IMG/VR virus record: IMGVR_UViG_3300049171_000040
Span: 36,075 to 100,074 of that record
Strand: one strand, 5' to 3'
DNA: 64,000 nucleotides
Source: a virus
Below the pieces are notes generated by a model, which was not told where the DNA came from, did no database searches, and saw only the letters and a program-made list of their open reading frames with translations. Position numbers and translations under genes: made by a program. Of the stretch, positions 1-10,501 are shown piece after piece. The stretch's first letter is position 1. Each line of letters opens with the position of its first letter.

Positions 1-201
1 GCCCGAGGGCCGCCAGGGGAGGAGCAGCGGGCGGCGCTCACTGCGACCTCCGGCGGGTGATGCAGGTGGGGCACGACGACTGGGCGCAGTAGTTCTTGGG
101 GGTCACGGACCAGATCGCCAGCGCCCGGTCGGGGCTGTGGCGGGTAAACCTCAACCACCAAGCGATGACGTAGGTACGAGCGGCGACAACTGCAGGGGCC
201 T

Positions 202-1776
202 TCATCGCTGGGCCCCGTTCAGACCTTCGGCCACCGGGGTGGTCGCGACCAGGTCGGCGTCCACTTCTGCGACCGGGTCGGCAGGAGGGACGAAAGCGCC
301 GCGGTCGTCAGGAGCCCACCCCTCGTCGAGGAGGATCTCCTTGCCTTCGTCGATGCGGTCGCCGCACCAGGTCGGCTTAAATCCGGTGCGGGCGGCGAGC
401 TTCCACTTCGACAACTTCTCGCCCGCCTTGTAGCGCTTCACCCACCACTTCGCGACACGGCGTTTGTCCTCGTCGGTGGGCTCTTTCTGGTCGGCGTCCT
501 GGTCGTCATCTGGTCGCGTCCTTTCCGCGTCCTCGTTGCCTTCGGTGTCCCGTGTGGCGTCCAAGCCGGCGGCCGGCGGCGGCAGCAGGAGCGGGTTTGC
601 GATCGGTCGCGGTTCTGGACGCGTCCATACCTCGAACGGGATGATCGCGCCGACTGGTCGCGGGTCGCCAGGGTTGATCGCGAGTCGCTTGCGCACCGGG
701 GGGATTAAGGGGGCCGATCTGGTCGGCGGTTCGGTCGCGGTGTTGGACGCGTCCTGGTCGGAGGTCGCGACCGGCAGCGGGTAGGTCTCGCCGCGGAGGG
801 CGGTGTTGCGATCCAGAGCGGCGGACAGGATAATCGCCTCGCTGTCGCGCATCAGGCCGGTGACCGCGGGGTGGTCGAGGTGTTCCCACGGCGCGTCGCC
901 GGGAAGGTCGACCAGGCGCGCCGTGCCGTATAGAGCCGTCAACGTGTCGAGCATCGCTGACTGCATTCCCCGGTCGCGGGCGAGGCCGGTGTGCTCCACG
1001 GCGCGGTCCATCGCCTTGTCGAGCTTCGTCATCGCGGCGATCATCTTGCGGTCCGATGCGCCGGCCTGGCGGAGCGCGCGGGCTTTCTTCGCAGCCAGGG
1101 CCACGCGGGTGATGCGCCGCTGCTTGTCGACCTCACCCGCGGTACGGTCGCTCGCCTCCGCCAGCCCGAGGCGCACCATCATCCGCTCCGGCGTCACCCG
1201 CCAGTGAATACGGCCACGGCCGGTGATGCGGTGCCGCTCGATCGCCATGCCGCGCTCCCACAGCCACGCTGCGACCAGCGGCGCCGCGAGCCGGAACATG
1301 GCCTCCGGGATGGAGTGCGCGTCCATGCTCGACAGGACGGCGGTCAGGCCAGTCAGCGCCCACACCGCTATGCCGTCGATGCCCGCGGAGTAGTTTTCCC
1401 GCATGTTGCGCCGGGCCCGCACCGCGCTGGTGATGACGGCGACCTCGATGAACGCGAACAGCAGGAGGCGCAGCGGCCCGTCGAAGCCGAGGACGTCGTG
1501 GGAGAAGCGCCACATGCCTTGGGCTGAGACGCCCGTGGCGATGATGGCGGCGACGATCGTGAGGACGTCCTCAGCGGTGCGGGCCGCGACGAAGCGGCCG
1601 ACCACGCGGGCCAGGTGACCGACCGCGCGCTTGAGGCGGCGTAGCAGCCACCATCCGAACGCGAGAACGAGAACACCGACGACTATGGCGATTGCCCATC
1701 GGATTTCCGACGGCAAAGCCTGAAAAAGATCAACGGGTATACCGCTGACCAGCATGGCAGCACTATCGTGCGTCAT
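202..1776 (-). CDS. Multi-pass membrane protein, SpdB/DUF2637-like (AICE/plasmid spread type) with low-complexity C-terminus
   Basis: Several TM helices (VSAQGMWRF...FAFIEVAV...VWALTGL...RLAAPLVAAWLWE) typical of actinomycete transfer/spread proteins. Confidence 0.55.
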   Translation of the reverse strand: MTHDSAAMLVSGIPVDLFQALPSEIRWAIAIVVGVLVLAFGWWLLRRLKRAVGHLARVVGRFVAARTAEDVLTIVAAIIATGVSAQGMWRFSHDVLGFDGPLRLLLFAFIEVAVITSAVRARRNMRENYSAGIDGIAVWALTGLTAVLSSMDAHSIPEAMFRLAAPLVAAWLWERGMAIERHRITGRGRIHWRVTPERMMVRLGLAEASDRTAGEVDKQRRITRVALAAKKARALRQAGASDRKMIAAMTKLDKAMDRAVEHTGLARDRGMQSAMLDTLTALYGTARLVDLPGDAPWEHLDHPAVTGLMRDSEAIILSAALDRNTALRGETYPLPVATSDQDASNTATEPPTRSAPLIPPVRKRLAINPGDPRPVGAIIPFEVWTRPEPRPIANPLLLPPPAAGLDATRDTEGNEDAERTRPDDDQDADQKEPTDEDKRRVAKWWVKRYKAGEKLSKWKLAARTGFKPTWCGDRIDEGKEILLDEGWAPDDRGAFVPPADPVAEVDADLVATTPVAEGLNGAQR

Positions 1777-1868
1777 GGGATGCAGACCTCTGCTTCGAAT
1801 CGGTCGGTCTGTTATCCCAGCGTCCCCCCGGCTGGCGTTGGCGCGTCAGTTTGGGGGGCGCACTGGAG

Positions 1869-2117
1869 TTATTCGGTTGTGTCTCCGGAGTTGGCGCTCC
1901 GGGCTTTCCTCTGTCGCTTCGAGATCGCCTGCTGAGACATCGCAACGAGTTCGGCGATCTTGTCTTGTGTCCACCTCCGGTTGCCGGCCAGCTTGCGCCG
2001 TCCGGCTTCCTGGATCAGGACGTCTATCTCGTCGTTGACGGCTTTCAGTCGCCGCGCTGTGTTGCGGAGTCTGTCGGCAAGCATTTCGTCGCTCAGCTCC
2101 TCCAGGTTCTCCGGCAC
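1869..2117 (-). CDS. Small HTH DNA-binding protein
   Basis: WTQDKIAELVAMSQQAISKR helix-turn-helix. Confidence 0.7.
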   Translation of the reverse strand: MPENLEELSDEMLADRLRNTARRLKAVNDEIDVLIQEAGRRKLAGNRRWTQDKIAELVAMSQQAISKRQRKARSANSGDTTE

Positions 2118-2147
2118 TTCCTTTGTCTACCACCGCCCGAAGATCAA

Positions 2148-2162
2148 TACAACCTGGTTGTA
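2148..2162. promoter_or_regulatory. Perfect palindrome TACAACCTGGTTGTA, putative operator
   Basis: AT-rich 15-bp palindrome just upstream of the small HTH gene. Confidence 0.5.
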
Positions 2163-2984
2163 AACCTTAATGTCGATGCGGCGAAGCCCCCACCCGTCAC
2201 GGGAGGGGGCCGGGCTGCTGCGCTATCGCAGGTCGAGTCACCGGGATTTACGCCATGGACGCCACCCACGCTGCCAGTCACGCCGCCAGTCGTCTACAAG
2301 CGACTGCACGACTATCGCCGCGAACGCGCACAGCACCAGGATGGCCAGCCATTCGCCTGCAGCATGCACCGCGTCGTACATCAGTTCTCCTCGGTTGAAC
2401 GGGCCATCTGGCCCTTGTACGTTCCCGACTTTGGGAGCGCCTTGCGCAGCTCTGGGGTAGCTCGGGGTCGTCCGCATGGGGCGCTGTCGCTTGGCATGAG
2501 TCGCCTCCGTGAGGGGGTTGGATGTGGCCTCGCCATCCCGCCGGAGGTGACCAAGATGTCGAGGCCACGATCGGACCCGGCCGCCGCGGGCGTGGTGAGG
2601 GTGCGGCGGCCGGGAGACTAGGGAGGGTCGGGGACCGACCCGGATTGCCGGTAAGCCGGAGCGGCGGTGCCGGGCTCCTCCGCCTCGGCGGGGGGCGGCG
2701 CGTGCAGCTCGTAGCCGAGATAGCCGGGCCGCGCCAGGCAGCACCCCGGATTAAGGCCGAGCGGCACCTTGAACGCCTGCCACTCACGCCCCCACGCGGT
2801 CATCGCACGGTAGATGCCTTTACCGCAGAACCGGCAGAAAGTCATGAGGGTTCCGCCGGCTCGTGTCCGCCCCACCCTTTGACGGCGCAGCGTCCCGCGT
2901 GCGGTCCGACGATGGCTTCCCACGCGGTGCCGAGTGCGCTGCTGATCTCCTGGATCTCCAGGTCGCAGTGGCGGCAGACGGCGG

Positions 2985-3389
2985 TCACGGCGTCACGCTC
3001 ACGAGGAACCAGACGACCTTGCCGCCGCCGGGGAGCGGGTCCGCGCCCCATTTGTCGGCGTTGAAGTCAACGATGTGCAGGCCGCGCCCGCGAGTAGCTT
3101 CGGCGTCGGGCTGGCGGGGGATGAGCGGAACCATGGCGCCGTGGTCGCGGACTTCGCCACGGACGATGTGCCCGTACCGGTAGAGCGCCAGCGTGACCGG
3201 CGGTCCGCCGTGGACGACGGCGTTCGTGACGAGTTCGCTGACGAGGAGTTCGATGTCCTCGGCGGGCGTGCCCGTGATCTCCCATTCGGCGAGAGTGTCG
3301 CGGACCATCTTGCGGGCATCGCCCACGGACCTATAGTCGCCGGTCAACTCCTTGCACGCATGCTGTGGGACGCACGCCTCGGTGATCAC
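2985..3389 (-). CDS. HATPase_c anti-sigma-like ATP-binding protein (whiJ/abaA cluster)
   Basis: LLVSELVTNAVVHG, EVRDHG, RGRGLHIV, GGKVVWF motifs. Confidence 0.9.
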   Translation of the reverse strand: MITEACVPQHACKELTGDYRSVGDARKMVRDTLAEWEITGTPAEDIELLVSELVTNAVVHGGPPVTLALYRYGHIVRGEVRDHGAMVPLIPRQPDAEATRGRGLHIVDFNADKWGADPLPGGGKVVWFLVSVTP

Positions 3390-3676
3390 GACGTCACCAC
3401 CTGCTCATCGCGCGTGCGCTCCGCCAACTCCTCGGCGAGCGTCGCCAGCAGGTCGTGTACGCCGAGGAGCCTGTCGAGCGCGGCCCGGTTGTCCGCGCTG
3501 ACGGTGACGGCGCATCCGGCGTCTCGCTGAGCTCGGCTCAGCGCGTCCCTGCGGGTGACCCACCAGCGGTCGCTGTCGGTGCGCCACGGCTGGTTCCAGC
3601 CGGAGAAGTCCGGCTCGATCGGCTGCATCAGCGGCTCCGTCATGATCTGGGCGGGCGGTTGTCTGTGCCCTATCAT
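3386..3676 (-). CDS. Hypothetical protein
   Basis: Overlaps the ATPase start by 4 bp; WRTDSDRWWVTRR motif. Confidence 0.55.
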   Translation of the reverse strand: MIGHRQPPAQIMTEPLMQPIEPDFSGWNQPWRTDSDRWWVTRRDALSRAQRDAGCAVTVSADNRAALDRLLGVHDLLATLAEELAERTRDEQVVTS

Positions 3677-3787
3677 GTGGCTGCACGGTCAAAACTGCAA
3701 CGTGCAATTTGAGATGCGACCCAAATGTCTCTTTCTGAGTCGTCTGTGGATTACGATCAGCATCTCGACACGGCCAGGAGACGAGTG

Positions 3788-4639
3788 ATGACAGAGAGCA
3801 GCCGAAGCCCGACAGTCCGCCGACGCCGCCTGGCGACCGAACTGCGACGCCTCCGCGAAGCGGCGGGCCTCACCATGGAGGACGCCGGCGAGGCTCTCGA
3901 CCTGTCGCGCGCCACCATCTCGCGCATCGAGGCAGGCAAGACCGCCAGGCCGAGACCCCGCGACATCCGGGACATGCTCGATCGCTACGGAGTGACAGAC
4001 CCGCAGGAGCGGGAGGCGATCATGGAGCTTGCTCGCGGCGCCCGCGAACGCGGATGGTGGGAGCAGTACAAGGGCGTCTTCACGGGTACGTTCGTCGGGC
4101 TGGAGGCCGAGGCATCCAAGCTCCGCACCTTCGAACCGCTGGTCATCCCCGGCCTACTCCAAACCCCGGAGTACGCGGCGGCGCTGACCCGCGCCTCCCT
4201 CGTCCGCGACCCCGCCGAGGTCGCCAGGCACGTGGAAGCCAGGATGCGGCGCCAGGAAATCCTGGCGAGAGAGAACCCTCCGCGTTACTGGGCGATCATC
4301 GACGAGGCCGCACTGCTGCGACCCATCGGCGGCGCGGACGTCCGACGTGAGCAGATACGCAAGCTGATAGACACGAGCCCACTCGATCACGTGACGGTCC
4401 AGGTCATGCCGATGTCCGCCGGCCCGCACGTGGGACTCTGGGGTCAGTTCGTCATCCTGGACTTCAATTCCGAGACGGACCGCAGCCTGGTCTACGTGGA
4501 GACGCCTACGGACGGGCTCTATCTGGAAGAGCCTGATCATGTCGAACGCTATACCCTGATGTTCCAGCACCTCTGTGCAGACGCACTGGGTGCTGACGCG
4601 TCGATCGCGTATCTGTCCAGTATGGTCGACCGCTTGTGA
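3788..4639 (+). CDS. XRE HTH + DUF5753 regulator (WhiJ/Scr1-like)
   Basis: SPTVRRRRLATELRRLRE, GWW, LEAEA, IPGLLQTPEYA, DEAAL motifs; start chosen at MTESS. Confidence 0.92.
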   Translation: MTESSRSPTVRRRRLATELRRLREAAGLTMEDAGEALDLSRATISRIEAGKTARPRPRDIRDMLDRYGVTDPQEREAIMELARGARERGWWEQYKGVFTGTFVGLEAEASKLRTFEPLVIPGLLQTPEYAAALTRASLVRDPAEVARHVEARMRRQEILARENPPRYWAIIDEAALLRPIGGADVRREQIRKLIDTSPLDHVTVQVMPMSAGPHVGLWGQFVILDFNSETDRSLVYVETPTDGLYLEEPDHVERYTLMFQHLCADALGADASIAYLSSMVDRL

Positions 4640-4648
4640 GGCATCGGT

Positions 4649-4846
4649 ATGGATCTGTCCCGCGCCGAATGGCGCAAAAGTACGCTCAGTCAGGGTGGCG
4701 GCAATAACTGCGTTGAGGTGGCCAGCAATCTGCCTGGCATCATCGCGGTCCGCGACTCCAAGGACCCCGAGGGCCCCAAGCTGGTCTTCACCCCTGGCGA
4801 ATGGTCAGCATTCGTCGGCGGCGTGAAGGGCGGCGAGTTCGGGTAG
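4649..4846 (+). CDS. DUF397 protein (BldB/Scr2-like)
   Basis: WRKS..S...NCVEVA...AVRDSKDP...W.AF. Confidence 0.95.
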   Translation: MDLSRAEWRKSTLSQGGGNNCVEVASNLPGIIAVRDSKDPEGPKLVFTPGEWSAFVGGVKGGEFG

Positions 4847-4856
4847 TCACGACAAC

Positions 4857-4896
4857 GGCGAAGCCCCCGGGTCCTGTGAGGGCCGGGGGCTTCGCT
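4857..4896 (+). terminator. Intrinsic terminator hairpin
   Basis: gcgaagcccccgg...ccgggggcttcgc directly after the DUF397 stop. Confidence 0.75.
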
Positions 4897-5380
4897 GTAT
4901 CTGTCCTACTACCCACAATAGCCCCATTCGGCTCTCTCGCAGGACCAACCGCGCGAACCTCACATGGCTCTATCTGATCGATCTACACCATTGCGCGGTG
5001 TCGTCGCTCAGAATACCGTCGGTGACGACCCCACCCCCTGCCCCGAGGAGTCGTCATGGACCGGGCAGGGCCACTGGTACGAGAACGTGACGACCAAGAC
5101 CCCGTCGGGCGGGACGGTCGTCACGCAGAAGCGCGTCAGTTGTAGGCCCTGCGGCGGCACCGGCCAGATCCCCGATAGCAAGTAAGTCGCTAAGCCCATA
5201 GGGTCACGCCGAGCGGGTTTGTTCCGGGCAGGAACGACTCGGCGTGACCGACGCGACTCTAGATGGTTACTGGCCGGTATCCCAGTAGTTGACCTAACTC
5301 GAACTGCATCATGTCCTGCCGCATCCTGTATAGGATCATGGAAATGATGACCCGGCGAGGGGTCCATCTAGGGTCAGGAC

Positions 5381-5800
5381 GTGATCGATTACGAGTCGGA
5401 ATTCACCGTAAAAGAGCAGGTCGCCGCCGATCTCCGGCGTCGCATCGCTGACGGTGAATGGGGCCCCCGCCGCAGGCTTCCGACCGTGGTCCACCTAACA
5501 CAGCAGTACGGTGTCGCTAAGGACACCGTCGCGCTCGCGCTAGGCATGCTCCGAGACCTGGGAGTGATCTACACGGTCCCCAACCGAGGCAGTTTCGTAC
5601 GGCTCGGCGCCGACAACGTAACCGTCGTCACGCTCGGGCCAGGAGACCGCGGCTTCATCCGCCAGCCGAGCGAGAACGAGCGCACCGACCTCGACCTAGG
5701 CGAGGACGTCATGGTGCTGGTCGTCGAGCGCGCCGGGGGAGAGGTCGAGGTTCTGCCGGCCGACAAGGTGGAGCTGTCCGGCGAGGTGTCTGAGAAGTGA
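5381..5800 (+). CDS. GntR-family winged-HTH regulator (possible directionality factor/KorA-like)
   Basis: QVAADLRRRIADGEWGPRRRLPT...YGVAKDTV..AL..L...G...RGSFV. Confidence 0.85.
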   Translation: MIDYESEFTVKEQVAADLRRRIADGEWGPRRRLPTVVHLTQQYGVAKDTVALALGMLRDLGVIYTVPNRGSFVRLGADNVTVVTLGPGDRGFIRQPSENERTDLDLGEDVMVLVVERAGGEVEVLPADKVELSGEVSEK

Positions 5801-5953
5801 GTGACAGCACGTCAGCGGCCGTGAGGGTTTCGGTCATTCGCTCTGTGATTGGTCTAGTCGGCCAAGATCGTGCTTACCGCACTCGCCTTTAAGGTTTTCG
5901 CTCGGCCGTGACGTGGGTATACGCAGCTCGCTACATTGTTCGACCCCGAATCT

Positions 5954-5999
5954 CCTTACAAGCGAGGGGTCACTGGTTCGAACCCAGTACCGCCCACCA
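5954..5999 (+). other. att core: 3' half of tRNA-Val(TAC) from the anticodon loop to CCA
   Basis: cttacaa-gcgag-gggtc-actggttcgaacccagt-accgccca-cca; no matching 5' acceptor strand or D-arm upstream; adjacent to the integrase. Confidence 0.85.
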
Positions 6000-6000
6000 C

Positions 6001-6033
6001 AAGCCCCTGACCAGCAGAAACGGTCGGGGGCTT
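6001..6033 (+). terminator. Hairpin after the tRNA fragment
   Basis: aagcccctgacc-N9-ggtcgggggctt followed by a pyrimidine run. Confidence 0.75.
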
Positions 6034-6104
6034 CTTGCTTGCCTTTTGGCTACATTGCATCTACACCCCTCGCCTTTTCCGATCGCGCCACCTACCTTGG
6101 CGCA

Positions 6105-7034
6105 ATGGCACCCCTCACAGAAGCCGCCAAACGCAATTTCGGACCAGAAATTACGTCATTTCGGAGGCACCTTAAATCGGAGAACAAGTCCGACAACACC
6201 GTCCGGATCTACACCGACGCCACCGAGCGGTTCGCGAACTGGCTCACCGGCCAGCCCGATGGCGAGATGGACCCGGCCGAGGCGTGGGAAGACGTCGAAC
6301 GCTCCGACATTCAGAACTGGATCGTGTCCTTGCTCGACACGAGGTCGCCCGGCTACGCGAACAACCAGTTCAGGGCCATCCAGCAGTTCTTCAAGTGGTG
6401 GGCCGAAGAGGAAGAACTACCCAACCTGATGCTCGGAATGAAACCCCCGCATGTCCCCGAGCAGCCTGTGACCGTCATACGCAAGGAGCAACTCGGCGCG
6501 CTCCTCAAGGACTGCCAGGGGAGAGAATTCCTCAACCGCCGCGACCTGGCGATCCTCTACGTGTTCATGGACTCCGGTGTCCGCCGAGCCGAACTGGTGG
6601 GCCTCAACCGCGACCACGTGGACCTGGACATGCGGGAGATCACCGTCCTGGGCAAGGGCCGCCGGCAGCGTGTTGTCACCATCGGGCGAAAGGCCGTCGT
6701 TGTGATCGACCGCTACCTGACACTCCGGGACAAGCAGCCGTGGGCCGACAGCCCCGCCCTGTGGCTGAGCGCAACAACGGGCGAGCCCCTCACGAAGTGG
6801 GGGATACGGGAGATGCTGGAGCGCCGCGGCCGGGCGGTCGGCATCGACCATCTCTCCGCCCACGACCTGCGCCATTCGTGGGCGCACTACGCCAAGCAGA
6901 ACCTCACCGAGGAGGAACTGATGCGCCTCGCCGGCTGGCGCTCCCGGCAGATGGTCGACCGTTACGCGGCCTCCCTCGCCGATGAGCGGGCAAGGGAGGC
7001 CGGCAAGCGTCTCCCGCTGGGCGACGCGCTGTGA
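6105..7034 (+). CDS. int: Tyrosine integrase
   Basis: SGVRRAEL (R), GKG (K), HDLRH (H-x-x-R), AGW, RY (Y); N-terminal SAM-like domain. Confidence 0.95.
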   Translation: MAPLTEAAKRNFGPEITSFRRHLKSENKSDNTVRIYTDATERFANWLTGQPDGEMDPAEAWEDVERSDIQNWIVSLLDTRSPGYANNQFRAIQQFFKWWAEEEELPNLMLGMKPPHVPEQPVTVIRKEQLGALLKDCQGREFLNRRDLAILYVFMDSGVRRAELVGLNRDHVDLDMREITVLGKGRRQRVVTIGRKAVVVIDRYLTLRDKQPWADSPALWLSATTGEPLTKWGIREMLERRGRAVGIDHLSAHDLRHSWAHYAKQNLTEEELMRLAGWRSRQMVDRYAASLADERAREAGKRLPLGDAL

Positions 7035-7889
7035 TCAGTCGAGAAGGCACACGTCTAGGAGTGGGTCGACGTCGATGTGGATGAGTCCGCCGCAGCCGTC
7101 CAGATTCTTCTTTGGCGGATGCTCCGGCGTCGGAGTCTTCTTGTCTGGTTTATCGGGCTTGATTGGCTTCTCGGGCTTCTCGGGCTTCTCGGGTGTAGGG
7201 CGCGGAGGAATCCGCGGAGACACCGGAGGTGCTGATCTCTCAGGCGGTCGTAGGGTGATTACCGGTCTAGGCGGGGCTGCGGTGGTGGTCGGATGAGGCT
7301 GACTCATCGTCGGTGTAGGTGTGGGCCGTTTTCGCCGCGGTGATGGCATGACCTGTGGGATGCGGTCCGCATCGGGCGGCTCGCTGGACGGCAACACAAC
7401 CTCTGCAGGCGGCATGGTGGTTGCCCGCCTTGAAGACTTCGGTTCACGCGGCGCCGGGGTTTCGCGATGTTCTCGGGTGTGCGTGGGCGAGGGGACCGCC
7501 GGGGGTACCGTCGCCGTGACCACCCGAGACGAAGTCGACCCGGCAACCGGCGAGTTCACGCCCCCGTCCCCGCTGACCACAGCGCCTGTGATGGCAACTG
7601 CTACGGCTACCGAGGCGGCCAGCCCTGCCCCTCCGATGGCCACGGCCTTGCCGGGGGCGCTTTCGGCGACTTCTGCCACGTGCTGCCAGCCGAGCAGGAG
7701 CGGAACCGGGATAAGCGTGCGCCATCCCGTGCGCTTATGGCGCATCGCATAGATGATCGCTTCAGCGCGCTCTTTCCCCTTCAAGCTCGCATCCACTTCT
7801 ACAATAAGGCGACCCTCATTGTCCCAATAAGCCGCAGCCGAAAATGGGGCATCTTCTATTTCGCGGATCTCGTCGGGGAAATCGATCAC
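7035..7889 (-). CDS. Membrane-anchored Pro/Thr-rich protein in the immunity operon
   Basis: TM segment, PEK/PDK repeats; GTG start overlaps the upstream stop. Confidence 0.6.
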   Translation of the reverse strand: MIDFPDEIREIEDAPFSAAAYWDNEGRLIVEVDASLKGKERAEAIIYAMRHKRTGWRTLIPVPLLLGWQHVAEVAESAPGKAVAIGGAGLAASVAVAVAITGAVVSGDGGVNSPVAGSTSSRVVTATVPPAVPSPTHTREHRETPAPREPKSSRRATTMPPAEVVLPSSEPPDADRIPQVMPSPRRKRPTPTPTMSQPHPTTTAAPPRPVITLRPPERSAPPVSPRIPPRPTPEKPEKPEKPIKPDKPDKKTPTPEHPPKKNLDGCGGLIHIDVDPLLDVCLLD

Positions 7890-8257
7890 GTCCCGGCGCC
7901 ACCCTTCAGCTGCTCCTGCAGCTGCTGCCATCGTCGCGCCTCGCCGGCCGGGTCCGCGTACCCTACGCACCGAACCGCGAGGGTTCTGGGGATGCCATGC
8001 ACCTCGACTTCCACTGAGCGGAAGCGGGTGCCGCGAGAGCGGAGGGCATCGACCACATTGTCCGGTGGAGCGTTCCTTTCCTTCTCAGCCGCGGCGGCGA
8101 CCAGCCCGGAGGTCGCTAAGGCGAGCTCCTCTGTCACGTCTTTCAATCTGCGGCCGATGAACTCAGCGTCATTGCTGGCTTCGATCGCATCGAGGAGGCG
8201 AGTCGTTCGCTCCCGTACACGTTGAATGGTTTCGTCGTGGTTGTGCCCTGTCGTCAC
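7886..8257 (-). CDS. Hypothetical protein
   Basis: Coupled to the downstream gene. Confidence 0.55.
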   Translation of the reverse strand: MTTGHNHDETIQRVRERTTRLLDAIEASNDAEFIGRRLKDVTEELALATSGLVAAAAEKERNAPPDNVVDALRSRGTRFRSVEVEVHGIPRTLAVRCVGYADPAGEARRWQQLQEQLKGGAGT

Positions 8258-8498
8258 CTGTCACCCCCCTGGATGCGCACCATTGCGCACCAGTAGCCAC
8301 TTTTCCCCCTCGCCGTCCCTGCCCGTAGGTTTAGCCATTGGACGACTGATTTGGGTAAGACGCCATACCAAAACGGGGGACGTTGCGGGATTGTGACAAA
8401 GCGCTTACATGAAAGCTTCAGGGATGAAACGTTCAAATATGAGCAAGTCGACACGACGCTCATAAATCGACAAAAGTCAAAGAGTGGAGTCGTTTCCC

Positions 8499-8957
8499 TC
8501 AAGCGCGCCTGCGGAACTCCTCGATCTTGGCCGACGGGGCGTCCCCTTCGGCTTCCGTACGTAGCGCCTGCAGTACGCCGATGAGCGTCCGGCGCTCTAC
8601 TGGTGAAAGGGTCGTGATCCGCCAGATCGCCGCCTCGTCCGGATCGTCGTAAGGCGTCGCCGGTTCTGGTGCGGGCTTCATGGGCTCGTCGGGCACGTTC
8701 ACCCTGTCGCCGTAGCCTGCCGCGCTCATGAGTTGCTGAGCCAACTCGGCGAGTTCTGGAGAGCGCCCGGCGATGTTGCCGGTGAGCCGTCGCATGGCCT
8801 CATACGCGGGCTTGTTGGTAGCGCGCGTCCATCGGTTGACCTGAGTTCGGTCGCGTCCTGCGAGCGCGCCAATCTCGGCCTGGGTGAGGTCAGCTCGTTT
8901 CATGACCTCTTGCAGCACCGTGCGGAAGAGGTCGGGGTCCCAACCTGGTGTGTGCAC
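8499..8957 (-). CDS. Phage repressor-like XRE HTH protein (switch 1)
   Basis: LTQAEIGALAGRDRTQVNRW...P HTH; divergent from a cro-like gene. Confidence 0.8.
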   Translation of the reverse strand: MHTPGWDPDLFRTVLQEVMKRADLTQAEIGALAGRDRTQVNRWTRATNKPAYEAMRRLTGNIAGRSPELAELAQQLMSAAGYGDRVNVPDEPMKPAPEPATPYDDPDEAAIWRITTLSPVERRTLIGVLQALRTEAEGDAPSAKIEEFRRRA

Positions 8958-9150
8958 GCACGCACGTTAACACGCTTCTTGACTCTCATCAATGCTGATA
9001 GGGACGTCTTTCCAGGCAGATGCACAAGTGCACGCGTGCACTGAGGGTGTCTGAGCGGCCAACGTGGTTATTGATCTGCGAAAAGAATCATGATCTCAGG
9101 TGTTGCGCGCATGCACTCACACATGCCAGAGTGCGTGCATGCACGACGCA
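8950..9150. promoter_or_regulatory. Divergent promoter/operator region 1 with TGCAC/GCATGCAC repeats
   Basis: gtgcacgcgtgcac, gcgcatgcac (9107) and gtgcatgcac palindromic boxes; lower GC. Confidence 0.6.
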
Positions 9151-9402
9151 CAAGATGTACGGCCCGCCATCCGGTTACGTCGCTGGGAGTGGGACCGAAG
9201 GATGAACGGCAAAGACCTCAGCACGGATCACGCTCGCGCCATGCACATCGGTGTGAGTCGCACCACTGTCGCCCGCATCCAGTCCGGCGAGATCGAGCCG
9301 GGAGGGAAGTTCGTCGCCGCAGTGCTCTGGGCGCACCCTGACCTGAAGTTCGAAGATCTCTTCGAGGTCGTTGAGATGTCGAACGCCGAGCGTGTCGCCT
9401 GA
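9139..9402 (+). CDS. Cro-like HTH protein (switch 1)
   Basis: IGVSRTTVARIQSGEIEPGGKFVAAVL..F.DLFEVV. Confidence 0.8.
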   Translation: MHDAQDVRPAIRLRRWEWDRRMNGKDLSTDHARAMHIGVSRTTVARIQSGEIEPGGKFVAAVLWAHPDLKFEDLFEVVEMSNAERVA

Positions 9403-9659
9403 TGAGCGTCCACGAGATCAACGGACGCATCGGCGCCCTGGAGTCCTGGTCCCGCACCCCTGACCGGCCGGCGCGGACCGCGAAGGCCCGATCCCAGTCG
9501 CCGTGCTCGGTCGAGTACCACGAAGACCAGATCCGCGCCGAAGGGATCGTCCCGGAGAAGGACATCCCCAAGGCGGCCGAGGCGAGGCACCGCGCCCACA
9601 TGCTGCGGCTGTCGAAGGCGTCTGCTGCCGCCCGCCGCATCCGGAAGGGGGCGGCGTGA
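9402..9659 (+). CDS. Hypothetical phage protein
   Basis: Coupled; [16 protein letters not shown]. Confidence 0.65.
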   Translation: MSVHEINGRIGALESWSRTPDRPARTAKARSQSPCSVEYHEDQIRAEGIVPEKDIPKAAEARHRAHMLRLSKASAAARRIRKGAA

Positions 9660-10501
9660 ACCAGATCCAGCACCCAGGCGCCTCTCCGTTCGACGCGATC
9701 AAGCGCGTGGACGAGAACGGCGAGTACTGGCTGGCCCGTGAACTGATGACCCTCTTGGGCTATCGCAAGTGGGAGAGGTTCCTCGACTCGACCGAGAGGG
9801 CCATGATCTCGTGCCAGGTTGCCGGTCACGACGTTGACCAGGCTTTTTCCCGGCTCCGGGAAAAAGGTACTGGCGGTGCCCCTCGTGAGGACATCCGGCT
9901 GACCCGCTACGCCTGCTACCTCGTCGCCCAGAACGGCGACGTCCGTAAGCAGGAGATCGCCTCCGCCCAGACGTACTTTGCGGTGCGCACCCACGAGGCG
10001 GAGATCGCCGGCCACCTCGATGAGTTGGAGGTGGCCGAGCGGTACGTGGCCACCCTCAAGCGCAACCGAGAGTTGAAGGACGCGAACCAGCAGCTCGAAG
10101 TCCGGGCCGTGGTCGCGGAGAGCACCGTCGCCGAGATCGAGGGCGGCGAAGGGCTTACGCCGACGACGTTTCACAAGAAGTACTTCTCCGAGGTCAAGGA
10201 GCGAGTCTTCTTCGAGCACCTGTACCGCCGTAACTATCTGATCGACCAGCGCGGCAGGGGTGCGTGGGACGAGAAGAGGCAGCGGTTCAAGGACGGCGCC
10301 GAGCATCGGCACCCGAGCTTCAAGGGGAAGCCGTTCTTCTACCTGCACTACGGCGGGACGCACGGCGAGAAGCGGCGCGAGCACACCCGTGTCCGCCCCG
10401 GCACGCCCGAGCTGGCGTTGAAGGCGGCGCTGGCGAGGGACGGCCTGAGGGCCAACAACCACCAGGCGGGCCTGTTCGCGATCGAGGGCGGCGCCTCGTG
10501 A
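9656..10501 (+). CDS. Antirepressor (DinD/BRO-like N-terminus)
   Basis: SPFDAIKR...[17 protein letters not shown]; [24 protein letters not shown]. Confidence 0.85.
   Translation: MNQIQHPGASPFDAIKRVDENGEYWLARELMTLLGYRKWERFLDSTERAMISCQVAGHDVDQAFSRLREKGTGGAPREDIRLTRYACYLVAQNGDVRKQEIASAQTYFAVRTHEAEIAGHLDELEVAERYVATLKRNRELKDANQQLEVRAVVAESTVAEIEGGEGLTPTTFHKKYFSEVKERVFFEHLYRRNYLIDQRGRGAWDEKRQRFKDGAEHRHPSFKGKPFFYLHYGGTHGEKRREHTRVRPGTPELALKAALARDGLRANNHQAGLFAIEGGAS

Noticed and set aside
4964-5185. DnaJ-type zinc-finger gene
   Set aside because: Only one complete CxxCxGxG and an uncertain start; it may be a remnant
5920-5999. Complete tRNA-Val gene
   Set aside because: The 5' acceptor strand and D-arm are absent; only the anticodon loop to CCA is present, so it is called an att core
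7130-7200. 9-bp tandem repeat (ggcttctcg)
   Set aside because: Simply encodes the PEK linker repeats of the membrane protein
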